32,000 bases of DNA from Acaryochloris marina MBIC11017 (GTDB taxonomy: Bacteria > Cyanobacteriota > Cyanobacteriia > Thermosynechococcales > Thermosynechococcaceae), in the NCBI RefSeq assembly GCF_000018105.1, contig NC_009925.1, forward strand, positions 2,460,001-2,492,000, given 5' to 3'. Below are positions 1 to 8,360 of this stretch, piece after piece (positions within the stretch are counted from its first letter, which is position 1; every line of letters begins with the position of its first letter). The notes beneath the pieces are model-generated. The model did not search any database and had not been told where the DNA came from. It was given only the letters and a program-made list of their open reading frames with translations. A program made the position numbers and the translations under genes.

Positions 1-59
1 GGGATGAAAAAGGAAACACACTAAATGTAGGACTGCTACACGCTAATTCCCAGAGAGCC

Positions 60-347
60 TTAATCTTTCAGCTTCGCTTGGTAGCGTTGGGTTGTCCACA
101 ACTCACTATCCCAAAATTCTTCCACCGTGAGCTGTTGATCCGTCCCTCGCTTAATGGCCCAATGATAGTGACGAATGGGTTTGCTGCTGTCATCAAAACC
201 AATACGAACACAACGACCCACTAGCTGCCACGCACAACAAGCCACAAAATATTCCCTGGCATGTTTTGACGTGGGCTCTGGCAGAGATTCATTAAACAGC
301 TGATTGAAAGTGCGAACAAATTTCGTTGCCCGTTGTTCAATAGACAT
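60..347 (-). CDS. Hypothetical small protein. It is 95 aa from the first ATG, or 106 aa if the TTG at 380 is the start.
   Basis: Open frame from the ORF track. The first ATG (MSIEQRATKF...) is at 347. It lies 71 bp downstream of the 452..1060 ORF on the same strand. I recognise no motif. Confidence 0.4.
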   Translation of the reverse strand: MSIEQRATKFVRTFNQLFNESLPEPTSKHAREYFVACCAWQLVGRCVRIGFDDSSKPIRHYHWAIKRGTDQQLTVEEFWDSELWTTQRYQAKLKD

Positions 348-451
348 TAACGGAAATAAAATGAGTGAGAATAACTTCAAATGTCTATGTCGTAAGTCTT
401 TGAGGTCGATTTTCCTCCAAAAATAAAATGCTTTCCCAGTAAGGCTTTCAG

Positions 452-1060
452 CTATTTCCGATAAGGTCTAATTAACGGGTCTACTTGCCAACGATACTCA
501 GATTCTTCAGGATTATAGGCACTACCCGGTGGAAGGAAAGCATATAAGACAACTGATTCACGGCAGGCTGCCAGCACGACTGGGTCTTTTGACAACGCAG
601 CAAGTGCCACTAAGGAATAGTCATTGGACTCAATCGCAACATGAAATGTTTCAGCCGTTAAGTTGGCAATCGTCCAGGCCGGAAAGCTTTGCTCCATCGC
701 GATGGATAATGCATCTTTACCGGTAGGCAATAAATAGCGTTGGTCCGCTGGAGTTCCAAATATGAGTGACCCAGTCACCTGTTTTAGACGTTGGAAACTC
801 TTTACATCAGAAACGTCCGCTTCCCTTTCCCGTGGGACATTTTGCAGCGTCTGGACTAATTGAAAATACCGAGTCAGTTCTGGCGATTCTGTATAGTACC
901 CCTCAACTGGAACATTGCCAGGTGCAAGAGACAATACCGAGGCCACCTCTTCTGCACACTGGAGTAGCTCAGTACGCTCATGGCATTTCATCGCCTCGCG
1001 GTAGAGTTCATCTAAACCCAGCACAAAGACTCGGTTAGTCACAATTCGTTGTTCTGGCAT
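452..1060 (-). CDS. Hypothetical protein, 202 aa, no recognisable domain
   Basis: ATG-initiated 609-nt ORF with GC content typical of the window. The overlapping + strand ORFs (529..726, 766..1038) are shorter and look like shadow frames. Confidence 0.55.
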   Translation of the reverse strand: MPEQRIVTNRVFVLGLDELYREAMKCHERTELLQCAEEVASVLSLAPGNVPVEGYYTESPELTRYFQLVQTLQNVPREREADVSDVKSFQRLKQVTGSLIFGTPADQRYLLPTGKDALSIAMEQSFPAWTIANLTAETFHVAIESNDYSLVALAALSKDPVVLAACRESVVLYAFLPPGSAYNPEESEYRWQVDPLIRPYRK

Positions 1061-1311
1061 GGACTCGCGGTAAGGTTACAGCGCTGTTGACAGAGCAGAT
1101 TATTCAGCTCAGGTTCTCAATCAAAAAACAGCATATTCTCTTATTTTCCCCATTCTGATCAGGTTATCGGACACCTCTAACCCTATTAGGCGGATATAGC
1201 TCTTCTAACAGTATTAATAGGTTTCTAGTGAGCTTGATCTGACGAATCACTAGATCATGAGTAAAGATAGAAAGAGTCAACTCACACCGCTCCCAACCAA
1301 GGAAAACGATA

Positions 1312-4300
1312 GTGGCCGAACAGATAGACATCCTGGCGAGTTACGTCCCAGATATTGTCGTGCGTCGGTTACTCCAAGATCCGACTCCCATCGCTAAGCC
1401 CCAAATCGATCGTTTTCCTGCCGCCGTTATTTTTATCGATATCTCGGGATTTACCATCCTTACTGAAACCCTGGTGAAATCTGGACCGGATGGTTTAGAA
1501 ACCCTGACCGCCATTTTGAACGCCTACTTTGGCCAGATCGTGGATTTGATTTTGAAGTATGGCGGTGACGTCCTCAAATTCGCAGGAGACGCACTCCTAG
1601 CAGTTTGGCCCGTCCAGGAAGCTGACAAGACTCTCCAACAGCAAACGCTCCAAGCCTGCCAATGCGCCCTCGTTATTCAACAGTTTTCCCAGTCCTATAC
1701 TGCGACGAGTGATGTATCCTTAGCCTTACGGATTGGCATTGGGGCAGGTGATGTTGCGATCGCACATGTGGGCGGCGTCTATAAACGTTGGGAACACGCG
1801 ATCACAGGTGCCCCCTTAGGACAAATTCGCTTAACCCAAAGTTTGGCCCAACCCGGACAAGTCATCCTCTCGTCTGAAGTCATTACCTTAATTCAGTATC
1901 AAAGTATCGGCGCTACTATAGACAGCGGTTGCTGGCATCTAACTGCGTTATCAAAAGTAGATCCACCCCCAAAGACCAGCCCTAAAGAACTGACTATTGA
2001 GTTAGCCGCAGGTCTCAAAGCCTACATTCCTGGCGCTATTCTAGATCGGCTAGAAGCAGGACAACGAGAATGGTTAGCAGAATATCGACTGCTGACCTTA
2101 CTCTTCATTAATCTGCCCGACTTCAACGCCAAAACGCCCCTAGAGCAAGCTCAGCGAATTATGCAGGCGCTCCAAAGTAGCCTCTATCGGTTTGAGGGCA
2201 GCATCAACAAAATTAGTGTCGATGACAAAGGAGCCACCCTAGTCGCTGCCTTAGGTATGCCTCCTTTTGCCCATGAAGATGACGCCGACCGAGGGGTGCG
2301 AGCCGCCCTAGAGATGCAGACCAAATTGAAGGGTTTGGGCTGGCACTGTAGTATCGGCATCACCACTGGCAACGTATTCTGCGGCATCGTTGGCAGTACC
2401 CGTCGTCGGGAATACACCGTGATTGGCGACATCGTCAATTTAGCCGCCCGGTTGATGCAAGCGGCTGAAGACAATATTCTGTGCGACCCCACCACCTATC
2501 GGGCCGCCCGTCGTCGGCTGGCCTTTACCGCTTTACCCCCTTTAAGCCTCAAAGGCATTGAACAGCCCATCGTCGTCTACCAACCCTTGGGGGCTCTAAA
2601 GCAGCAGCAGCATGCCACACGTACCCTGGTGGGTTGTCAACGCGAACGTCAGCACCTGCTGGAGTTAGCTCAGATTTTGCAGTTTGACCAACAGGGGGGC
2701 ACCGCTATTCTGGAAGGAGAAGCTGGCATTGGTAAGTCTCAGGTTGTTCTCAACTTTCTAGAATGGTGCCAAACCCAAGATCTACCGTTTGTCGTCGGTG
2801 CTGGCGATGCCATTGAGAAATTCACCCCTTATTTTGCGTGGCGGCCCATCTTTACCCAAATTCTCCAGCTTGAGCAATTGCTGAATGCTGCGGATCGACG
2901 CCAACGCATTCTAAATCTGCTAGGCGCTCGGGACGATCTGATTGCCCTCACACCGCTACTCAATTTTATTTCTGGTCTCGATTTCCCAGAAACCCCGATC
3001 ACCCAGCAAATGCAAGGCCAAGTTCGTGCCGACAATACCCGCAATATATTGCTGTATTTACTGCAAACAGGTCTGGAGCAAGACTCACACGTCATCATTC
3101 TCGAAGATGCCCACTGGCTGGATTCGGCTTCTTGGGCTTTGGCTTTGGCCGTTCATCAACAGGCATTGCCAATTCTCTGTGTCATCGCCACTCGCCCCTT
3201 GGCCGAACCCTGGCCGGAAGACTATACCCAACTCTTAGAGTCGGAGCAAACCAAGTATCTGCGACTTCGAGGGCTAACTCACCGCGAGACCCAGCAGTTT
3301 GTCAGTCAGCAGCTAGAAGTCGCCCATTTGCCTCAGCCTGTCTCAGACTTTGTCTATGCCAAAGCCGAAGGCCATCCCCTCTTTAGTGAAGAATTGGCCT
3401 ATAGTCTTCGAGATAATGGCTTTATCCACATCGAGCAGGAAAAGTGTCAACTTACAGTCCCCGATCAACATCTGGAAGGTCTGGATCTACCGAACACCCT
3501 GCAAGGGTTGATCACCAGCCGCATTGATCGCCTCCTACCCCCTCAACAGTTGATGCTCAAAGTGGCCAGCGTCATTGGCCGTAATTTTCGCGGCGACTTA
3601 CTGGAAGCCATTTATCCCCTAGCCGCCGATAAGGACCGCTTGCCCGAACATCTGGACAGTTTGCAGCGATTAGAGCTAATTGTCCTCGATACGCCCCCTC
3701 CCAACTTGGGATATCTCTTTCGCCACATCATGACCCAAGAAGTGGCCTATCATCTGTTGGTATTTTCTCAACGGCGGGAATTACATCGTGCGATCGCAAC
3801 TTGGTATGAACAAAACTACACCCATGATTTAGCCACCGTTTATGCACTCCTGGCCTACCATTGGCAGCAAGCCGAAACCACCGACAAGGCTACCCACTAC
3901 TTAGAGCAAGCCGGGGAGCAAGCTTTCCAAGGGGGCGCCTACCAAGAAGCTGTCGCTTTCTTCTCTCAAGTCCTGGCATTACATACGCCCAAGGCCCAGG
4001 TCTCGCGCCTGCAGTTGGCCCGATGGCATCGCCAATTAGGAGAGGCCTATTACGGTCTAGGCCACTTACCAGAGAGTCAACACCAGCTGCTCCAAGCCAT
4101 CACCATCCTCGGCCATCCGATTCCGCAGAATGAACAGATTCTGGGGATTAAACTGGCTTTCCAAGGATTGAAGCAGCTCTGGCACCGCTTACAGCCCCGC
4201 CGCCGCATTACCTCTTCTCCCACTCGCCAAGCCCATATTTTGGAGCTAACCCGATCTCAAATTTGCCTAGGGGAAGTCTGCTACTACACCAACGCCAAAA

Positions 4301-5406
4301 CTCTCGGCACCTATGCCACCCTCGTCGGTCTCAACCTGGCAGAAACGGTCCCTCCGTCTTCTGAACTATCTCGCATCTACGCCAACATGTGTTTTGCCAC
4401 AGGCGTTTATCAAGTCCATTTTTTAGCCCGCCAGTATGGAGAATTAGCAGAACAAATCATCCAAAAAATCAACATCCAGTTACCCTGCATTAGCTGGATT
4501 TGTTTGGTAGTAGGGGTCTATAAAAGCGGTGTGGGCCAGTGGCTCCCCGCTCGGAACACCATTCAACGCTCCATTGATGCCTGTCGCCAACTGCAAGATT
4601 GGCATGTCCTCGCCCAAGCCGTGGCGGGCATTGCCCTAATCGATCATTTTCAGGGTCGTTTCAAAGATGCGATCCCATTGTGGGAAGAGACCCAAGAGTT
4701 AGGAGCCCAGCATGACGATATTCAGTCCTATGCCTGGGGATTGATGGGCCAGGCGGAAGAATGGGCCTGCCTCGGCAACTGGACGACCGCCACCACCTGC
4801 GTTGAGGAAGTCCAAGCCATCTTCGCCGAACAACCGGGCCTGATTGCCGACCAAATTCGGTTTGCGGGAATTGCCAGTCGCGTCTATCTCCACAATCGAG
4901 ATTTACACCAAGCCCAGCAGGTGATCGAAACAGCCATTCAGATGCTCCGAGATTCCGATCCCATTGCCGTCCATACCCACGAAGGCTATGTGGGCATTGC
5001 TGAAAGCTCCATACAGCTATGGATTTATAATTTGCAAGATGCCAAGCAGGTGCGTCAAGCCTGCCAATCACTCCAGAAATTTGCCCAGTCTTTTCCCATT
5101 GCTCAACCGCGAGCCTTGCTCTGGCAGGGGGTATGGCTCTGGCACCAAGGCAAAACCACCCAAGCCCAAAAGCAATGGCACCAAGCTCTGCAGCTCGCGA
5201 CAGCCTTGGCCATGCCCTACGAACAAGCCCGTATTCACCAGCAATGGGGACAGTGTCTCGATCCTCAAGATCCGGGACATCGACAGCATCTGGATCAGGC
5301 CCAACAGTTGCGAGAGCAGCTGGGCCAATCTCCTGTGAGTAATACACTTGAGTTTGGACTAAAGCAAACGAGAAAAGCAGTCAATGAAGTACACCGACTG
5401 CTTTAA
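1312..5406 (+). CDS. Signal-transduction protein with tandem class III adenylate/guanylate cyclase domains, an AAA_16/STAND NTPase and TPR repeats (1364 aa). Its 3' end has been rewritten by an IS insertion.
   Basis: GTG start preceded by AAGGA at 1299-1303. CHD domain 1 has FIDISGFT and KFAGDALLAVW. CHD domain 2 has LLFINLPDF and EYTVIGDIVNLAARL. The P-loop EGEAGIGKS is at 2716-2739 and a Walker-B-like VIILEDAHWLDSAS follows. The C-terminal half resembles TPR repeats (YHWQQAE..., AYQEAVAFFSQVLAL). Confidence 0.9.
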   Translation: MAEQIDILASYVPDIVVRRLLQDPTPIAKPQIDRFPAAVIFIDISGFTILTETLVKSGPDGLETLTAILNAYFGQIVDLILKYGGDVLKFAGDALLAVWPVQEADKTLQQQTLQACQCALVIQQFSQSYTATSDVSLALRIGIGAGDVAIAHVGGVYKRWEHAITGAPLGQIRLTQSLAQPGQVILSSEVITLIQYQSIGATIDSGCWHLTALSKVDPPPKTSPKELTIELAAGLKAYIPGAILDRLEAGQREWLAEYRLLTLLFINLPDFNAKTPLEQAQRIMQALQSSLYRFEGSINKISVDDKGATLVAALGMPPFAHEDDADRGVRAALEMQTKLKGLGWHCSIGITTGNVFCGIVGSTRRREYTVIGDIVNLAARLMQAAEDNILCDPTTYRAARRRLAFTALPPLSLKGIEQPIVVYQPLGALKQQQHATRTLVGCQRERQHLLELAQILQFDQQGGTAILEGEAGIGKSQVVLNFLEWCQTQDLPFVVGAGDAIEKFTPYFAWRPIFTQILQLEQLLNAADRRQRILNLLGARDDLIALTPLLNFISGLDFPETPITQQMQGQVRADNTRNILLYLLQTGLEQDSHVIILEDAHWLDSASWALALAVHQQALPILCVIATRPLAEPWPEDYTQLLESEQTKYLRLRGLTHRETQQFVSQQLEVAHLPQPVSDFVYAKAEGHPLFSEELAYSLRDNGFIHIEQEKCQLTVPDQHLEGLDLPNTLQGLITSRIDRLLPPQQLMLKVASVIGRNFRGDLLEAIYPLAADKDRLPEHLDSLQRLELIVLDTPPPNLGYLFRHIMTQEVAYHLLVFSQRRELHRAIATWYEQNYTHDLATVYALLAYHWQQAETTDKATHYLEQAGEQAFQGGAYQEAVAFFSQVLALHTPKAQVSRLQLARWHRQLGEAYYGLGHLPESQHQLLQAITILGHPIPQNEQILGIKLAFQGLKQLWHRLQPRRRITSSPTRQAHILELTRSQICLGEVCYYTNAKTLGTYATLVGLNLAETVPPSSELSRIYANMCFATGVYQVHFLARQYGELAEQIIQKINIQLPCISWICLVVGVYKSGVGQWLPARNTIQRSIDACRQLQDWHVLAQAVAGIALIDHFQGRFKDAIPLWEETQELGAQHDDIQSYAWGLMGQAEEWACLGNWTTATTCVEEVQAIFAEQPGLIADQIRFAGIASRVYLHNRDLHQAQQVIETAIQMLRDSDPIAVHTHEGYVGIAESSIQLWIYNLQDAKQVRQACQSLQKFAQSFPIAQPRALLWQGVWLWHQGKTTQAQKQWHQALQLATALAMPYEQARIHQQWGQCLDPQDPGHRQHLDQAQQLREQLGQSPVSNTLEFGLKQTRKAVNEVHRLL
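1756..1763. repeat. HIP1 palindrome GCGATCGC
   Basis: Exact octamer. Confidence 0.95.
3790..3797. repeat. HIP1 palindrome GCGATCGC
   Basis: Exact octamer. Confidence 0.95.
5340..5346. repeat. Left copy of the putative target-site duplication TAATACA
   Basis: Identical 7-mer abuts the outer edge of each terminal inverted repeat (5340-5346 and 6835-6841). Confidence 0.7.
5347..5362. repeat. Left terminal inverted repeat of the IS
   Basis: cttgagtttggactaa is the exact reverse complement of 6819-6834. Confidence 0.85.
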
Positions 5407-5436
5407 GGTCAATGAATCATCACACTCATTGCCCTT

Positions 5437-6738
5437 ATGATTTTCGACCATCTGCGTCAATTCCGCCAAACTCTGTATAGCTGCTTTGGCGCCAGTAAAG
5501 ACGCGTTATTTGAGCTAATGGATGCGGTATTGATGAGTCCGAGCCTGCGTTCATTTGTGTGTTTGTCTCAACATCCTATCTTCCGTCGTCAATGGTCGAG
5601 TACCTATTCAGCCCTGCATGATGGTCGTATCCATCGTGCCAAACTTCACCGATATTTAGTTCGACAAGTTTCCACTCAAGACCAGCCGCTCTTCGTGGGA
5701 GATAGTAGTCCTTGGCTGCGTCCCGAGGCCAAGACCCTCAAAGACAGAGGTTTTCATCATCAAGGGGGACATACTGTCGGGGTAGGCCAAAGTTATAGCA
5801 CCCTTTCTTGGGTCCCAGACGAAAGTCAGCATTGGGCACTGCCCCTACGCCATGAACGAATCACGAGCTTTGAGACCGCTTTGACCAAAGCCACGTTTCA
5901 ATTAAAGCAAGTCTGTCGTCATTTGCCGGTGCGTCCTCTAGCCGCGTTTGACCGTCACTACGGTAATGGCATCTTTCTCAATCACACTGCAGGGATTGAA
6001 GTCGACCTGTTATTGCGCTTAGCATCCAATCGCTGTGTCTATGGTATTCCCCTCGCCTATTCAGGACGAGGGGCTCCTCGTAAGCATGGACATAAGTTCA
6101 AATTGAATGCCCCTAATACATATCCAGAAGCCAGCGAAATATTGGAGATAGAAGACACCCAACTTGGACAGGTCAGAGTAACTCGCTGGAGCCAATTCCA
6201 TTTCCGTAATTCGGCCAAACGAGAAATGGAAATTTTGCGCGTTGAGATCATCCAACCGAAAGGTAAACGACGAAAGTTTAAGCCGCTTTGGCTGGCCTGG
6301 ACTGGAGAATGCATGCCAAGTCTGGAGCGATTATGGCGAAGATATCTGCAGCGCTTTAGCATTGAGCATTGGTATCGATTTGCCAAACAACGGCTCTATT
6401 GGACGACCCCTCAACTCACGTCCAATGAAGCGACAGAGCGATGGAGTACTTTGATTGGGATGATATCTTGGCAATTGTGGTTTGCTCGGTCAGACTGTAT
6501 GGATACGCCTTTACCCTGGCAGTCTCCTCAACAAGTTCTATCACCAGGACGCGTCGCTCAAGCATTCCCAAGTATTATTGCGGCGATTGGAACACCTGCT
6601 CAAGCACCAAAAACTCGCGGTAAATCACCCGGACGCAAGCAAGGCCAATCTCAACCACCAAGAACTCGATATCCAACGGTCAAAAAACGAGTCTCCAAAC
6701 GCAGGAAAGCAAAGATTGTCTCAAAAACCGCTGCTTAA
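5437..6738 (+). CDS. DDE transposase of the IS4 superfamily (433 aa)
   Basis: Contains the Y-x2-R-x3-E-x6-K signature (YLQRFSIEHWYRFAKQ). Candidate catalytic Asp residues lie in FVGDSSPW and AAFDRHYG. The C-terminal tail is basic. The ORF sits between the inverted repeats. Confidence 0.85.
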   Translation: MIFDHLRQFRQTLYSCFGASKDALFELMDAVLMSPSLRSFVCLSQHPIFRRQWSSTYSALHDGRIHRAKLHRYLVRQVSTQDQPLFVGDSSPWLRPEAKTLKDRGFHHQGGHTVGVGQSYSTLSWVPDESQHWALPLRHERITSFETALTKATFQLKQVCRHLPVRPLAAFDRHYGNGIFLNHTAGIEVDLLLRLASNRCVYGIPLAYSGRGAPRKHGHKFKLNAPNTYPEASEILEIEDTQLGQVRVTRWSQFHFRNSAKREMEILRVEIIQPKGKRRKFKPLWLAWTGECMPSLERLWRRYLQRFSIEHWYRFAKQRLYWTTPQLTSNEATERWSTLIGMISWQLWFARSDCMDTPLPWQSPQQVLSPGRVAQAFPSIIAAIGTPAQAPKTRGKSPGRKQGQSQPPRTRYPTVKKRVSKRRKAKIVSKTAA

Positions 6739-6818
6739 CTGCTGAGTTAATACCAGAAAAACTTATGCTCAGGCTTTCAAGGGCCATGGGATATTTTACT
6801 CTGTCTGGAGATTTAAGC

Positions 6819-6834
6819 TTAGTCCAAACTCAAG
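6819..6834. repeat. Right terminal inverted repeat of the IS
   Basis: ttagtccaaactcaag is the exact reverse complement of 5347-5362. Confidence 0.85.
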
Positions 6835-6841
6835 TAATACA
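6835..6841. repeat. Right copy of the putative target-site duplication TAATACA
   Basis: See the left copy at 5340-5346. Confidence 0.7.
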
Positions 6842-6847
6842 ACCCCT

Positions 6848-6855
6848 GCGATCGC
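6848..6855. repeat. HIP1 palindrome GCGATCGC
   Basis: Exact octamer. It lies in the displaced original 3' end of the cyclase gene. Confidence 0.95.
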
Positions 6856-6862
6856 ATAGCCC

Positions 6863-7294
6863 CTATTCCTGATCAAACACCATCCGGTAATAGGCTCCCT
6901 CTGGGGAGTGGCCTGTGGAGACAATCCACCATCCTTGGGATACATAGAATGCGATCGCAGCGGTATTCCGCTGCACACATTTCAAAGATACGGGTCTACC
7001 CACTTGGGTCAGACAACTGTGCAATAAAGCACTGCCGATCCCCCTGCGGGTGAAATGCGGATCAATGAACAGATGGTGGACAAAATTGTCCGGTTCCCAC
7101 CAGGAAATGTAGCCCACGGGTCGGTCTCCCACAGCTGCCACCCAAATCACTTCATCCCGAGTCGCCTGATCAAAATCTTCTAACTGATATCCCTGAGGAG
7201 ACTCCCAGGTAAAGGCAACGGTTCGAGAAGCCAGGTAGATTTGTCGAAGATAAAGCAGATCACTCGGCTGATAGGGACGCGTATCAAAGTTCAT
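6863..7294 (-). CDS. GNAT-family N-acetyltransferase (143 aa)
   Basis: ATG start. Acetyl-CoA binding motif A is present as HLFIDPHFTRRGIGSALL. Size is typical of a single GNAT domain. Confidence 0.8.
   Translation of the reverse strand: MNFDTRPYQPSDLLYLRQIYLASRTVAFTWESPQGYQLEDFDQATRDEVIWVAAVGDRPVGYISWWEPDNFVHHLFIDPHFTRRGIGSALLHSCLTQVGRPVSLKCVQRNTAAIAFYVSQGWWIVSTGHSPEGAYYRMVFDQE
6951..6958. repeat. HIP1 palindrome GCGATCGC
   Basis: Exact octamer. Confidence 0.95.
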
Positions 7295-7421
7295 CTAGAG
7301 ACTGATTGACCATCATCTATGGGCCTCATTCCCCCTACAGCCTAGACACCCAAATCAGGATTTCACGAATAAGCTGTGCTCCACAACATCATAGATCTTC
7401 AGCAGTCTCTAGCCTGGCAAG

Positions 7422-8207
7422 TTAAGCCCAGCCTCGCAGCCGGTACATCAAAAATCCAATCCATTCCTTAAACGCTATGGTTGTGTTTACTAACGCTTCA
7501 ATATCTGGCAGTAATCGCAAAACAAATCCCAAAAAACCAGCATTCTCATTCACTTCCGTCACCTGATAATCCGTGGGAGCCGCAATCACAGACAGCCCTT
7601 GTGTTTCAAAAATCGCCATGGACCGGGGCATGTGAAAAGCAGAGGTCACCAGTAATAAAGGGCCATCAATATTATTTTGTTTCAACACTCGCTTTACATT
7701 AGTGGCATTTTCAAAAGTATTCAGGGAATCAGGCTCAAGCAATAGGGCAGATTCCGGCACCCCCATAATCTTCAACAGCTCAGCCATATCCAACGCTTCT
7801 GCTTGGCCGCCTCCTTTCCAATAAATCCGCCCACCCGCCAAGACCACTTTTGGGGCTTTGCCTTCTCGATACAGTTTGGCCGCGTACAATACCCGATCAC
7901 CTGCCTCAGACACTTCCACCCAGGGTCGGGGAGGATGGGCCGAACGCGTGCATCCTCCCAGCACCACGATTGCATCTGCAGTGGCATCCTGTTTTAACGG
8001 CGGATACTGATGTTCTAAGGAATACAGCAAGCCATCTCCTACCCAACCATTCGCGGAAAAGAAGAGGATTCCTAAGGCTAGTCCCACCGAAATAGCAGCG
8101 ACTTTGGGACGTTTCCAAAAGGTTGCGATCGCAACCAATAACAGCACCGTACTCAACCCCACTGGATAGATCAGTTGAGGGATCAACTTAGATAGAAATA
8201 GAAACAT
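7422..8207 (-). CDS. YdcF/SanA/ElyC-type DUF218 membrane-anchored protein (261 aa)
   Basis: Two N-terminal hydrophobic helices, followed by DAIVVLGGC, VVLAGG and LLVTSAFHMPRS, which are characteristic of DUF218. Confidence 0.75.
   Translation of the reverse strand: MFLFLSKLIPQLIYPVGLSTVLLLVAIATFWKRPKVAAISVGLALGILFFSANGWVGDGLLYSLEHQYPPLKQDATADAIVVLGGCTRSAHPPRPWVEVSEAGDRVLYAAKLYREGKAPKVVLAGGRIYWKGGGQAEALDMAELLKIMGVPESALLLEPDSLNTFENATNVKRVLKQNNIDGPLLLVTSAFHMPRSMAIFETQGLSVIAAPTDYQVTEVNENAGFLGFVLRLLPDIEALVNTTIAFKEWIGFLMYRLRGWA
8125..8132. repeat. HIP1 palindrome GCGATCGC
   Basis: Exact octamer. Confidence 0.95.
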
Positions 8208-8360
8208 ACACCTCTAACTCAAACCATCATCAGCGTCTCATACCCTTCCAACTCGACGGATCTCTGAGCGTAAACCCAGCATCCTTCAAGTCTTTCCCAG
8301 TATTACGCTTTTGAATTAGAAATTGAGAAAGATACCCTCTCAGTTATGCAGACATCGGCG

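Larger units (their letters stand above)
5347..6834 (+). mobile_element. Insertion sequence of the IS4 superfamily (IS4/IS701-like), about 1488 bp
   Basis: Perfect 16-bp terminal inverted repeats (CTTGAGTTTGGACTAA and its complement) flank a single transposase ORF. A 7-bp direct repeat TAATACA lies immediately outside both ends. Confidence 0.85.

Noticed and set aside
1086-1091. The TTGACA hexamer as a -35 element for the cyclase gene or the divergent operon
   Set aside because: No acceptable -10 hexamer lies 16-18 bp downstream on either reading. An isolated hexamer match is expected by chance.
2184-5347. Antisense and alternative-frame ORFs inside the cyclase-STAND gene (for example 2184..2495, 2829..3098, 3861..4133, 4661..5347, 4964..5338)
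   Set aside because: They lie wholly within a long ORF that has clear domain content. Their translations are Arg/Pro/Ser-rich nonsense typical of shadow frames.
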